Part shown: piece after piece, positions 49,780-62,103 of the stretch | Numbering within the stretch: position 1 is the stretch's first letter | Layout of the letters: each line of letters starts with the position of its first letter | NCBI RefSeq assembly: GCF_001194135.2 | Contig: NC_068990.1 | Location: 73,947,798 to 74,011,797, forward strand | Reading direction: 5' to 3' | Length of the DNA stretch: 64,000 bases | Source of the DNA: Octopus bimaculoides | Lineage: Eukaryota | Notes under the pieces: generated by a model | Told to the model about the DNA's origin: nothing | What the model saw: only the letters and a program-made list of their open reading frames with translations | Database searches by the model: none | Translations under genes and position numbers: made by a program

Positions 49780-49927
49780 TTTAGTCTCCATCTACCAAAT
49801 CCATTCACAAGGCTTTGAGTGGCTTGAGACTATTGTAGAATATGCTTACTGCCCTTAAGGTATCACACTGGGGGACTGAGTCCAAAACCGTGTGGCTGTT
49901 AAGCAAGTTTCTTACCTCATAGCCATG
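49780..49927 (-). mobile_element. SINE family B, 5' half (diverged)
   Basis: gggctttcttttagtctccatctaccaaatccattcacaaggcttt... Confidence 0.65.
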
Positions 49928-49947
49928 CCTAAAGATTATGATGATAG

Positions 49948-49992
<45 letters not shown>

Positions 49993-50076
49993 CGACGACG
50001 ATGGTGATGACGACGATGATGATGACGACGACAATGACGGCGGCGACGACGATGATGGTGATGATAATGATGATGA

Positions 50077-50107
<31 letters not shown>

Positions 50108-50120
50108 GGTGGTGATGATA
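49928..50120. repeat. Long (GAT/GAC/GGT)n trinucleotide repeat
   Basis: Directly visible; source of the poly-D, poly-M and poly-S ORFs. Confidence 0.95.
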
Positions 50121-50589
50121 TCAAATACTTCATATTTTAAGCATTTTTTACTGCAGTAGAAAGCCCAAGTGATCAAAAAAATGAATTCTAATTTGCAATC
50201 AGAAATTAATTACTCAAAATTGTTAAATATTTGGTTACCAAAATAAATTGATTTGAAGAACTTGTCACATATGCCCATATAAATTCTATTTGCATATTCC
50301 TGCTATGAATCAAAGGCTGCTACTTGTCTCTTGAAGGCAACCAAACCAATAAAAAAAGTTCCTGTGTAGTTACTCGACATATTAGAAATAGCTGTGAAAT
50401 CTCTTTCAAATCATGCTTTACACTCTTTAAAATACATCTTGTCAACTTTAAAAGCACAATGAGCTGAATAATTATAGCAATACAAGAAAAGCAAGTGACC
50501 ATCACATTGAGCTTACTTTGGGGCATAAAACTACTTAATCAACAGTGACTAAATAAGCTAAACTGAGACCTGCTTTATCATAGAAACAA

Positions 50590-51535
50590 ATCTCAGGTTT
50601 GGTCTTATTCCTGGTGGGATTTATGTGGGTAATGAGTTACTACCAGTAACCTTAGGTATCCACAGATTTTTGGCAGTCTTTCAAGCGCTTAGAACCCTCC
50701 TGATAAGCCTTGCTATCCCTAAGAGGCAAAGTTTTTGTAGGAGCTCTACTGGGCATTCTATTTTAATTTCCTCAGCCATTTATCTATATCTTGGCTTACT
50801 GTTCCCAACGTACCAATTATTATAGGCACAAACTTTGCTGTTCGCATCCTCCAACTTCTTCCTATTACCAATTTTAAAAGATTGTATTTTCCTTGTTTTT
50901 TTTTTACCTCTTTCTTTACAATCCTGGAATCAAATGGACATGAATGGTCAATAAGTAAGCAACTTTGCTTTTCCTTATATATGATCGTAATATCTGGTCT
51001 ATTACTTTCTAACTTCTTGTCCATTTGAATAGGAGAGTCCTACAAAACCCTACATTTCTATGACTCTAGTACTCTTTTGACTCAATGATTGTACCATGTG
51101 TTTCCAGCTTCAAATTCCCATTTCTTGCACAGTTTCCAGTAAAAATTTTACAACCTGGTTGTGCCTCCATTTCTTATATTCTTCCTGTGCCAACTTGGGT
51201 CATTCTTCCACAATGTATGCCACACTCTCGTTCAAAGTTCCACAGGCTCTACATTTTCCTGACACATTCTCTCCATATATATGTTTTCTCAAGTTTGTTT
51301 TTATTGCCTGATCTTAAGCTGCTACAATTAGGGTCTCTGTTTCGTTTTTTTAATTACCCTTTTTTTAACCAAGCCCAGGATTATGTTTCACCTACGTCGT
51401 CAGTGGCTCTCCAAAATTGACCATACAGAGGTTCTTTCTCTTCGATCTGTCTGATGTGCTTTGTATTTCGTTCTTGTCCTTTTCTTCATTTACATGCCTC
51501 ATCAGCTGTTCTTTCTTAACTGCCTTTAGTAGTTT
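50590..51535 (-). mobile_element. R4/Dong-like RLE LINE 3' portion (family X)
   Basis: EPLYGQFW..SWAWLKKG..DQAIKTN..KCRACGTLNESVAYIV..RHNQV..NRPDITII..LLIDHSCPFD..VPIIIGTLG..LQKLCLLGIARLIRRVL*, i.e. a CCHC knuckle plus PD..D endonuclease. Multiple stops. Confidence 0.85.
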
Positions 51536-51730
51536 TTCTGTACTGGACAAAATGCTTAGTGATATTTCACCTCTCACTACATTCTGAGTTCAAATTCTGC
51601 TGAGGTCGACTTTGTCTTTCATCCTGAAGGAGTCGATAAATTAAGTACTAGTGAAAGACTGGCATTGATGTAATCGAGTAGTCCCCTACCACAAAATTTC
51701 AGGCCTTGTACCTTTAGTAGAAAGGATTTG
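51535..51730 (+). mobile_element. Deu/Nin-domain-like SINE
   Basis: ttctgagttcaaattctgctgaggtcgactttgtctttcatcctgaaggagtcgataaattaagtac. Confidence 0.75.
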
Positions 51731-51952
51731 GGCATTGCTGACTTGTGAGGTTATGTTGAACAGCTGCTGTCACATGTGAGACAGATCCATCTGTCGGCTG
51801 AGTCTGTAGTGATGATTGCACAACCGCCCTCCTTCAATTGGGTAGGCAAGGTAGTTTTCCTTTGTCTGATGGTTGTGGTAAAAGAGGTTGTTTGGTGGAC
51901 AAGGCTGAAAGGCATGAGGACAGATATATTCCTCTTTGGTAGAGCTCTCATT
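51731..51952 (+). mobile_element. Tx1/L1-like LINE C-terminal fragment
   Basis: YVEQLLSHVRQIHLSAESVVMIAQPPSFNWVGKVVFLCLMVVVKEVVWWTRLKGMRTDIFLFGRALIE resembles the region after the zinc knuckle of Tx1-type ORF2 (from recall). Confidence 0.55.
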
Positions 51953-51954
51953 GA

Positions 51955-51998
<44 letters not shown>

Positions 51999-52649
51999 CA
52001 TCATCATCATCATCATCATCATTATTACTGTCTCATTACGAATTGTCTCATAGAGTTTAGATTCCCTTGTATCATATTCCAGCCATAATATTGATTAATT
52101 ATTTCCAAGTCTCTCTTCCATGAGAGCCTACATAAATTTGCATGAAGTACCTGAATTAATTTTTAATTTCCTTTTTTTTTTTTAATCTTTATATTCACAA
52201 ATTATTCTCATTTAATCTACTATGGTGGTTAGGGTAAGGGTTAGGGTTATTTGAACTACTTAGAGTGAGATTGGTATAATGTAGGACTCTAGTATGTAGC
52301 TGAGAAGTGGACTAATATTTTATAACACTGCAGGTTGAGGTGGTAGGCAAATTTGAGAAAAAATGCATCGTCACCATCCTCTTCTTTGCTTTCCCTATAT
52401 TTTTTGTTTCCTTTTTACTTTTTCCTATTTAAAAAAAAAAATTCCTTTTTTCTCTCTTTCTTCCCTTTTTTCTCTATCACATAACTTGACTTTGGAAAAT
52501 GGAGCAATCTGGTGTGTCTATTTTAATGACCTACCAATGTATACGGTGAGTTTCTTTGCTCTTGGTGTCGAGAAGAAATGCGACAAGAAATGGAAACAAA
52601 ATTGAAAGAAGAAGAAAAGTAATAGTAATAATAATTATTATAATGATGA

Positions 52650-52687
<38 letters not shown>

Positions 52688-52699
52688 ATAATAATAATA

Positions 52700-52900
52700 A
52701 TATAAAAGAAATTGGAATAAAGTGCCCAGCAGAACTGTTACGAAAAGTTGGCCACCTTGGCATGGCCAGAATAATCAGGAAAGTATTAGATAGCTGAAAA
52801 AGAACGAATAGCATGGTACCATAGGCTGCAGGTATTAAGCCCATTATGAATGCAAGACTCTAAGAGCTCCAACAAAATTTGTGATAAAGAGAAAATAATA
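52700..52900 (+). mobile_element. Short R4/Dong-like 3' end in (TAA)n
   Basis: IKEIGIKCPAELLRKVGHLGMARIIRKVLDS* is homologous to the C-terminus of the 50590 element; flanked by TAA repeats. Confidence 0.75.
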
Positions 52901-52906
52901 ATAATG

Positions 52907-52943
<37 letters not shown>

Positions 52944-52944
<1 letters not shown>

Positions 52945-53410
52945 CGATATAAACGTATCTGTCAAGACCTACCAAAAACTGAGCAAATATAAAGATCTTG
53001 AAATAGAAATTAGCAAAATGTGGAATCTGAAGACGAAAACAATACCTATTGTCATAGGTGCCCTGGGAATGACAGCGAAACGGGCTGATTACTACCTAGC
53101 TCAGATACCAGGAAACCCCAAAATGGCTGAAGTTCAAAAGATAGTGCTCATGGGAACTGCCCATATCCTACGTAAAATACTGTCTATGTGATCACAAATT
53201 TTAAAGAAAACACATAATTTTCTTATGGTTTCTTAAATATTCACTTGAACAAAACTGTACAAATCCAAATATATGGTACCCTAGGCATAACACCTACATG
53301 AACTTCTAACTTGTTGTCTCTTGAGGTCTCTGGGTGACACTTGGATCTAACTTGTACAAATTCAAAACAAAAGTCAAACATAAGATAATAATAATAATAA
53401 TGATAATATA
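52944..53410 (+). mobile_element. R4/Dong-like LINE 3' end in (TAA)n
   Basis: DINVSVKTYQKLSKYKDLEIEISKMWNLKTKTIPIVIGALGMTAKRADYYLAQIPGNPKMAEVQKIVLMGTAHILRKILSM* is uninterrupted, followed by a 3' UTR and (TAA)n tail. Confidence 0.9.
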
Positions 53411-53600
53411 AAGTCCATGTTTCTTACTGGCCTGGGTTGTATGGTTTCACAAGCTTTGATGAGCCCAAGAACTGCATCGTGCTCCAGTGTCTGCTTTGGC
53501 ATGGTTTCTATGTCTGAATGCCCTTCCTAATGCCTACCATTTTGCTGAGTGCTTTTTTTACCTTTTGTGCCAACAGTGCTAGTGAGGTCACCAACACTCC
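53410..53600 (-). mobile_element. Old RTE-3'UTR-like fragment
   Basis: ggcatggtttctatgtctgaatgcccttcctaatgcc resembles the conserved RTE 3' UTR block. Confidence 0.55.
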
Positions 53601-53937
53601 TCATGGCAGCACACTTCACATTTTAAGAGGTTGTACACAGGTCATGCCTACACAAGGAAATAGAAAATACTTTAAAATGAATGACTGCAGTAGATATGAA
53701 AAAATACAACCAACAGAATTTGTTATCATAGCAAACTTCAACCTCAAAATTTCACTCACTACATCAAAAATCACCTCAAAACATATGTAAGAAAAAAAAA
53801 TCATTGGAACACAAATACAGGTCCTAAAAATCAGCTCTGTACAATCATATGCATATCCTGCATCCAAAAAGAGGGAAAGAAAACACCAAAACAAAGCATA
53901 ATAGCAATATATATATATTGACCTCTAACCCCACCTC

Positions 53938-54004
<67 letters not shown>

Positions 54005-54159
54005 AGAAATAACTGAGATTCAGTCGAGTCAGGTACTTAAATTGAAGCACCAGTTCAGTCCGGTATTATCTGCACAGCTCGATGTAAGGTGAATAAGATC
54101 AAAATAAGGAATGGTCGTACTGCATTACTACTTGATATCCTGTTGCTTATTTTGATTAT

Positions 54160-54189
54160 ATGTATGTATATATATATATATATATATAT

Positions 54190-54253
<64 letters not shown>

Positions 54254-54569
54254 ATATACATATAGAAATACATATATACATATATATATATCTATATATA
54301 TNNNNNNNNNNNNNNNNNNNNNNNNNNNNNNNNNNNNNNNNNNNNNNNNNNNNNNNNNNNNNNNNNNNNNNNNNNNNNNNNNNNNNNNNNNNNNNNNNNN
54401 NNNNNNNNNNNNNNNNNNNNNNNNNNNNNNNNNNNNNNNNNNNNNNNNNNNNNNNNNNNNNNNNNNNNNNNNNNNNNNNNNNNNNNNNNNNNNNNNNNNN
54501 NNNNNNNNNNNNNNNNNNNNNNNNNNNNNNNNNNNNNNNNNNNNNNNNNNNNNNNNNNNNNNNNNNNNN

Positions 54570-54618
<49 letters not shown>

Positions 54619-54700
54619 CACATATATATATACATATACATATATACACACACACATACACACACACACGCACACATAGATATATATATATATATAAACC
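54160..54700. repeat. (TA)n/(GATA)n microsatellites flanking an N-gap
   Basis: Directly visible. Confidence 0.95.
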
Positions 54701-55134
54701 ATCTGCCTCAGAGCATAACTACTCAACATCCAAAAGTCAATATCCCTCCCACACAGCTCAGACAATATACAAAACACATGCGCGTGTAAATATCTGCAGA
54801 TTAAAGCTCTGAATTCAAATTTCTGGTTGTGGTTAATTGTTTCTTGTATCTCTTTCATTCTCCCTTTCCCCCTATCAATGCATGACGTTACTTTGAATTG
54901 CACACACACACACACACACAGACTCATACACATACACGTTATTCATATGTAGATGATACCACATTGCATTTTCTGACTACATTTTGCATATGGGCATCAT
55001 TCACAAGTAACCTAGTCATCTCATGCTAAACTTACATTACGTTCATGATCAAAGGTCTGGAAAATATTCTTCAAAGGGATGCATAACAACCTAATCTTAA
55101 TCAACTGTCTGAGAATAACACAATTACTAAATAT

Positions 55135-55419
55135 GAGCGTGTGCATGTGCGTGTGTGTGCATGTGTGTGTGTGTGCATGTGTGTGCATGTGTGTGTGTGT
55201 GTGTGCATGTGTGTGTGTGTGTGCATGTGTGAGTGTGCCTGTGTGTGTGTGTATGTATGTATGTTTGTATAATTATATATATAAAAACACACGCACACAT
55301 ATACATATATATAAACACACACACACATATATATATATATATAAACACACACATATATATATATATATAAACACACACACATATATATACATATATATAA
55401 ACACACACACATATACATA

Positions 55420-55483
<64 letters not shown>

Positions 55484-55520
55484 TAATAATGTGTGTATGT
55501 GTATGCATGTGTACGTATGT
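55135..55520. repeat. Compound (TG)n/(TA)n/(CA)n microsatellite
   Basis: Directly visible. Confidence 0.95.
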
Positions 55521-55847
55521 AAGCATCAAGAAGAAACACTTTCACCACAATGTCTTTTTAGAGACGAAGGACCTTAAAAAGGTTAGCAATATGTCAGCCC
55601 ACACAGTGTCACATGATTTCCCATGGCGACTACGTAAGCTATGAAGGAACCCCCTACATATTTCTTTTGGGCCTGCCAGATATAGCAGCCAAATCTTTCT
55701 CAAACATACCCTTCCATCTAAAAAAAAAAAGAGGGGGACCATATGCATTGCAACTCAGCATTTACTTACACGAAGCACTTTCACCATATTTTATGTCCAG
55801 AACTGCAGCCTTCTGAAAGACTTGCAACTGCCCACTCTTTTGTTTAA

Positions 55848-56067
55848 CCCCTTAGTATTCAAACCAGCCATATCGAGCCTAAATATTCCATCTGCTTTTT
55901 GTCCAAACTGACCAGATCCAGCTTCTTGCACCTACCCCACAATATCATTCTAAAGATAAACAATTACATCATCAAAATCTCAGAGTCACGACATAACACG
56001 TGATTAATTCAAAACAATGTGAATAAATAAGCATTACATTTGACAAAGTAAACTGAATGCTAAATGG
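55848..56067 (+). mobile_element. piggyBac-like MITE, complete with TTAA on both sides
   Basis: TTAA(55844-47)|ccccttagtattc ... gaatgctaaatgg|TTAA(56068-71). Confidence 0.8.
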
Positions 56068-56666
56068 TTAAACCTAAGTCAGCTGTTATTGAACAGACAT
56101 ACACTTGAAATCACTTCATCTATAACCATCTTGTCCTTTATTCAGAAATGGAGTACATACGATGCAGGCATATGCAATTAGAATATTTCATATCTATATA
56201 AAAGGTTAAAGACCCCCTTCAGTCATAAATGACCATGAGGTTGTACCAGAAAGTTACCCTCTGAGACACAAGTCCAGGTGATGTTGTTTTATGGAAGACC
56301 AGCAACTCATTTCTACACCCAAACATTATACCTGTACATAGACAGAGGGAAGGTAATGAGTTGCTAGGAGAGTAAATCATGTTTGTCTTTATTAAAGGTG
56401 TGGTTGGGATAGGAAAGCAAAAGAAATGGGTAAAAATGTGCAGACTCATGCTATTTTCTCTACATGAAATCTCTAATAAAACTATTATAATTGCTCAGAC
56501 ACTATCGTAATAATCTTAGTAAAGCTGAAAATTTGTAATAATATGTTTATTAGTAATATAACTAGAATTTTATAATTCTGATTTTAGTACTATCTTATGA
56601 ATAGGTAGTCAATCTAACATTGTAGAATATTTAGTAATACTGATAAAAAACATTATTATTAACTAA

Positions 56667-56880
56667 CAAGGCAACAAGTTGGCAGAATTGTTAGCATTCT
56701 AGGCAAAATGCCTAGAGGTATTTTATCCAGATTTATGTTCTGAGTTCAAATTCTGTCGAGGTTGACTTTGCCTTTCATTCTTTTGGGGTCAATATTTTAA
56801 GTGCCAATGAAACACTGGTAATCAACTAGTCCCCTCCAACAGAATTTCAGACCTTGAGCCTTTAGTAGGAAGGATTATTA
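56667..56880 (+). mobile_element. Deu/Nin-domain-like SINE
   Basis: aaggcaacaagttggcagaattgttagc...gagttcaaattc...gactttgcctttcattcttttggggtcaat...aggattatta. Confidence 0.75.
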
Positions 56881-58041
56881 TTTACTAATGAATACATTTG
56901 TAGTAGATACAGCAGTTGTAGTTTTATGTGAAAGGGGGAGAGAAAATGCAGGGCAATTCAGGTTTGGATCACATCTTAATGAACAAATAATGCTCAGGAC
57001 TTAGCTGAATTCAATGCTGGGAACTTGCTTGTGACAATTTTAAATAATAAGCAAGAAGATGGCTACCATGATGAGACTTGAAGGGAATACTTTAGTGGTT
57101 TTCCATTGACTATTCCAGGCAGGTAGGATTTGAACTCAGAATGTAGAGAGCTGGAAGATGTACTGTAAAGCACTTCTGCTGATGTTCCAATGATTCTGCC
57201 ACTCTCCCTTCTGCAGATCAATGTGAAATGAAATGTTTTGCTCAAGGACAAAAGGCATCACCTGGTCCAGGAATTGAACCTGTGATCTATCCTTTTGACT
57301 CTTTCCCCCAATTTCATTTACCCCTACCTACATGAAAGGCATATCAGTTTGATACTTGAATAGGTGACTGACTTATTTCTTGAATTCAGTTTTGCATATC
57401 AAGTCATTGCATCAATAGACCTCCAGCAGGCTTATCACCTCATTTCTAGAACTGTAGCTGTAACCTCTACGTACACCCTGCAGCCCATCATGATGCTACC
57501 CAACATTACTGATGAGGTCATCAATCACAATAATAAGATCATAATCATCATTGAGGTAATCCCCACTTCAGAGGTGTAACCAGGTTCTAAAGTTAGTGGG
57601 AGCAAACACTTAAGAAGGTGCCGTGGTACCCACCAAACAATTTTTAACACATTTCTCTTATATTACGTGTAATATTTAATTACTTATAATAAACGTAATC
57701 GTATTATACATTCATTAATTTCATGTTTGAGTAACAATGTCATTATGTATAAGACTTACTGACGTGAAAAGTTGAAACTTCACGAGGATAGTCCAGTGTC
57801 GAGAAGTTACGACGTCAGGGTTTGTTTTGGTTCTTCAGATGTCAGTGGGCACCAACACATCACAAGAAATTGAGCAGACAGTTCAAAAACACAGGAGGTT
57901 GGTGAAATAAAGTAATGACTCCAGATAGTTCTTCCAAGGTCATGTGATTAAGAGAAAAACAAATTCAACTTTTATCATACAAGTAAGCTAAAGAGTTAAA
58001 AAAATATTGTTAAAAAGGTACCAATTTTGGAAAATGTGCTC

Positions 58042-58443
58042 GTTACCAGCATTGCCTTACTGGCACTTGTGCCGGTGGCACGAAAAAACATTCGAACAAG
58101 GTCATTGCCAGTGCCACTGGACTGGCTCCTGTGCAGGTGGCATGTAAAAAACACCATTTAAGCCAGTACCGCCTGACTGGCCATCTCGTTGCCAGTACTG
58201 CGTGACTAGCCGTTGTGACGGGGCATGTAAAAGCACCCACTACATTCTCGGAGTGGTTGGCATTAAGAAGGGCATCCAGCTGTAGAAACTCTGACAGATC
58301 AGATTGGAGCCTGGTGCAGCCATCTGGTTCACCAGTCCNNNNNNNNNNGATTGGAGCCTGGTGCAGCCATCTGGTTCACCAGTCCTCAGTCAAATCGCCT
58401 AACCCATGCTAGCATGTAAAGCGGACGCTAAACGATGATGATG
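58042..58443 (+). mobile_element. RTE LINE 3' UTR copy
   Basis: Conserved 3' block and (GAT)n tail. Confidence 0.85.
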
Positions 58444-58519
58444 TGCTTCCCTATTAACTATGCCACTTCCCCAGTTAGTTGATAGGGCTTTCCCTTTTCC
58501 CCTTCTCCTTTTCTTGTTC

Positions 58520-58760
58520 TTCCTTGTCATGCAAATTACTTGGCAACCTCAAGAGTGCTGGTGGCATAAAAAAAAATGTCACCCAGTACACACTGTAATG
58601 TTTTTAGCTTTAGGTAAAACATCCAACCATAAAAACCATGCCAAAGCTCACATGTAGCATGATGCATCGCTATGCCTCACCAGATCCTGTCAAACTGTCC
58701 AACCCATGCTAGCATGGAAAATGGATATCAAATGCTGATGATGATGAAGGTGATGATGAT
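58520..58760 (+). mobile_element. Older RTE-3'UTR-like copy
   Basis: ctgtccaacccatgctagcatggaaaatgga...(gat)n. Confidence 0.65.
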
Positions 58761-59348
58761 GTAAGCAGTATCTTCCAGCACCAGACACTTTTACTGGAAG
58801 ATGTGACCATGATGAAATAATAAAAATGTTGATTGGATTTGTCGAGATTTACCAAGATTTGCCATTCTTACAAAATACAAAAAAAAACACAAAAGAAACT
58901 ATAAGAAATTACATGGTAAAATAAAATGCAGCATTAAAAATGCATGTTTAAAAGAAACGCTCCTTCTCATATACATACATATATACATGCATATATACAT
59001 ACACACACATGCATGCACATGCACCCACACACACAGATATGTACATATATAATTTTTAATAAATGTTTGTTTTATATATATCTGCTTATCTTTCAGTCTG
59101 TGCTTCTCTTTCTCTCTCCCTCCTTTCTCCCTCTGTACACACACACACGCGTATATTTATTTATTTATTTATCTATTATATACACACACACAGATGCAGA
59201 TATATACATGCAGAGATTCATACAATACATATGTATGCGCATAAATACACACATATAAAATTATATAAATAGATGTATAAATGAATATATATATATATAT
59301 TTATATATATATATATATATATATACATACACACACATGTATATATAT

Positions 59349-59385
<37 letters not shown>

Positions 59386-59802
59386 GTGTTTAGATGTGCA
59401 TTTTGATGGTGTAGTGTTATTCTTTCCATTCGTTTATAGTAAGCAGCAATAAACTACTCAGTAGAGAAAAGGATTTAATCAGACACCTAGTACATCACCA
59501 AGGGAGAGAAATCAATTTCCTTTACATGATTATTTCCTTACTTCTGCTTTCCAATTGGATTTTATTTGTGTAATTTCCCTGCAGTCTCATTAAAAATTCT
59601 ATATTAAATGAGCAAAACTACCAAAGTACAAAAGCGCCAACTCCTATTTATATGCACACACACACATACACTCACACATACACACACACACTCATTCTCT
59701 CTCATACACACACACACACTACACAGATATATATATGTATAATATATGTATATATATCTGTACATATTGTACATATATATATATATATATATACATATAT
59801 AT

Positions 59803-59843
<41 letters not shown>

Positions 59844-59865
59844 NNNNNNNNNNTATGTCTCTACA

Positions 59866-59907
<42 letters not shown>

Positions 59908-59989
59908 TTCACAGAGGGAAAGAGAAAGAAAGAGAGAAACAGGGAAGAAAGGTTGAGAGCGAGCGATAGATACATATTTACACTGTTTA

Positions 59990-60300
59990 TAATTGGCTTC
60001 ATACCTGTCTTTCTAAAAATAATATTCTCTCTTTCACAATTATCTCGAACTTTTGACAACAATAGTCGTAACCTGATTAATATAAACTATAGCAAAGCCC
60101 ATGACATTTGTCTTCTGATCAAATGACTGTCAGATTATTTTGTTAAGTCATCAATTCAACAATTTGACAATAATCTAATCCTTTGTGTATTCTCTTCAGC
60201 ATTCGTAGCAATAGGATAACCAAGAAATAAGGGCATTAAAAATACCTGGATGAGCGATATCAATTGTTGAGATTATTTCAAATTGATAGAAATAATATTA
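59990..60300 (+). mobile_element. Very degenerate CR1/L2-like RT fragment
   Basis: LSRTFDNNSRNLININYSKAHDICLLIK resembles ..DVIYLDFSKAFD.V.H..LL.K. Confidence 0.35.
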
Positions 60301-60461
60301 AAACATTATAAGCAGCAACAATTTGAAAGACAGATAAGAGCATTGAGCTTACTGAAAAGATTTGAACTGGTATTTTATCACTTGCATAGCGATAGAGGAC
60401 TGAGTAAGCAGTTACACCACTAAACATCTGCTGTTTCATTTTTTTTTTTTTCCTTTTGAAT

Positions 60462-61145
60462 TCATATTCATCATTATCATCATCATTTAACGTCCATTTT
60501 CCAAGCTGGTATGGGCTGGGCAGTTTGACAGGAGCTGGTAAGGCCAGTAGGATGTACAAGGCTGCACTGTCTGCTTTGGTATGGTTTCTACAGCTGGGCT
60601 GAATGCCATTCCTAATGCCAACCAATTTATAGAGTATACTGGGTGCTTTTTACATAACACCACCATCAGAGCGTTATACATAGTACCAACACTGGTGCTT
60701 TATATGTGGCTCCAGCACTGGTGCTTTTTATGTGGCACCATCACCAATGCTTTTTACGTGTTACTGGCACTGGCACTTTTCATGTGACACCAGCAGCAGT
60801 GCTTCTTATGTGGCACCAACGCCAGCACCAGTGCTTTTCATGTGGCACCAGCACTAGTAATTTCACATGGCACCAGTACCAGCGCTTTTTACTTGGCACC
60901 AGCACCAGTGCATTTATTATGTGGCAGCAGCACCAGTGCTTTTACATGGCACCAGTATTGGTGTCTTTTACATGGCACCAGCAGTGGTGTTTTTTTTTTT
61001 ACATGGCACCAGCACAAATAACTTGCAAAGCAAAAACCTCTTAACTGGGATGAGGGAGTATTAGTGAGGGTGTTGGCTTTGTGCTAGTTGCTGGGTGATT
61101 AGAAGTATAGAGGGACAAGGGCAGGTGTCCAGCTGTAGAGTAGAT
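60462..61145 (-). mobile_element. Older RTE-3'UTR variant containing a minisatellite of about 25 bp
   Basis: (CAT)n ttaacgtccattttcc... ggtttctacagctgg...ccttcc-like block, then a tandem array at 60650-61015. Confidence 0.65.
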
Positions 61146-61236
61146 ACACGAATTGTCCAGCTGTAAAGGGCTTCTGCTTAATTAACTATACTAATTTAAT
61201 CTCTATAAGGTAACTCGTTTAGTTTTTGCTTTTGCA

Positions 61237-61470
61237 TTTTATTTGTTTCGGTCATTGGACTGTGGCTGTGTTGGGGCATTGCTTTCTGAATGGTTTAGTC
61301 AAATAAACTTCAGTACTCATTTTTTAAAAGTCTGGTACTTGTTCTATTGGTTTCCTTTGCTGAACTGGTAAGTTACAGGGTTGTAAACAAACGAACACCT
61401 GTTGTCAAAGTGTTTGTGTTTGGGACTCAAACACACACACACACACATGTATATATACATATACATATAC

Positions 61471-61539
<69 letters not shown>

Positions 61540-61702
61540 CGACAGGCTTCATTCAGTTTCCATCTACCAATTCCACTCACAAGGCTTTGGTCAGCCCAAA
61601 GCTATAGCAGAAGACACTTGCGCAAGGTGCCATGCAGTGGGACTTCACCCAGAACCATGTGGTTGGGAAGCAAGCTTCTTACCGCACAGCCATGTCTACG
61701 CC
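61237..61702 (-). mobile_element. Full SINE family B
   Basis: Reverse complement is collinear with 62101-62500; internal (TA)n of about 100 bp. Confidence 0.85.
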
Positions 61703-61821
61703 TATGGTATCACTTTTCTGTTGCACCTGCATTTACTATATTCAAAAACAATATAATTTTGTCATGTTTCAAGTTAATTGTTTCCGTTAAATTAGATAAT
61801 AGTATACATACTGAAAAATGT

Positions 61822-61892
61822 GGAGGCGCGTGGCTTAGTTGTTAGGGTGTCAACATCACGATCGCAAGATTATAGTTTCGATTCCTGGACCT
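61822..61892 (+). mobile_element. SINE family C tRNA-like head only
   Basis: ggaggcgcgtggcttagttgttagggtgtc...gtttcgattcctggacc. Confidence 0.7.
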
Positions 61893-61902
61893 GCATTTTT
61901 TT

Positions 61903-61980
61903 GATGGCCTTATAACTGAAGAGATGCCGGTTTGCCTTTCCGCCTCAACATCCGAAACTTGGAGTCTTATCATGGCTACC
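61903..61980 (+). ncRNA. Type I hammerhead ribozyme motif, near-intact
   Basis: ATAA-CTGAAGA-GATG..CATC(C)-GAAAC-TTGGA-GTC^TTAT; stem I extends through gatggcc/ggctac. Predicted cleavage after C61966. Confidence 0.7.
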
Positions 61981-62012
61981 AAATAATTGTCACATATTAT
62001 ATATATTTACAC

Positions 62013-62100
<88 letters not shown>

Positions 62101-62103
<3 letters not shown>

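Noticed and set aside
49892-50159. Poly-Asp, poly-Met and poly-Ser ORFs (also at 11408 and 46699)
   Set aside because: Translations of (GAT)n-type microsatellites with no splice or coding context.
57364-57579. ASIDLQQAYHLI resembling the Gypsy RT motif (.IDL..AYHQI)
   Set aside because: The match is short and no other RT motifs lie nearby; likely chance.
58299-58376. Tandem duplication of gattggagcctggtgcagccatctggttcaccagtc
   Set aside because: The two copies sit either side of a 10-N gap, typical of an unmerged contig overlap.
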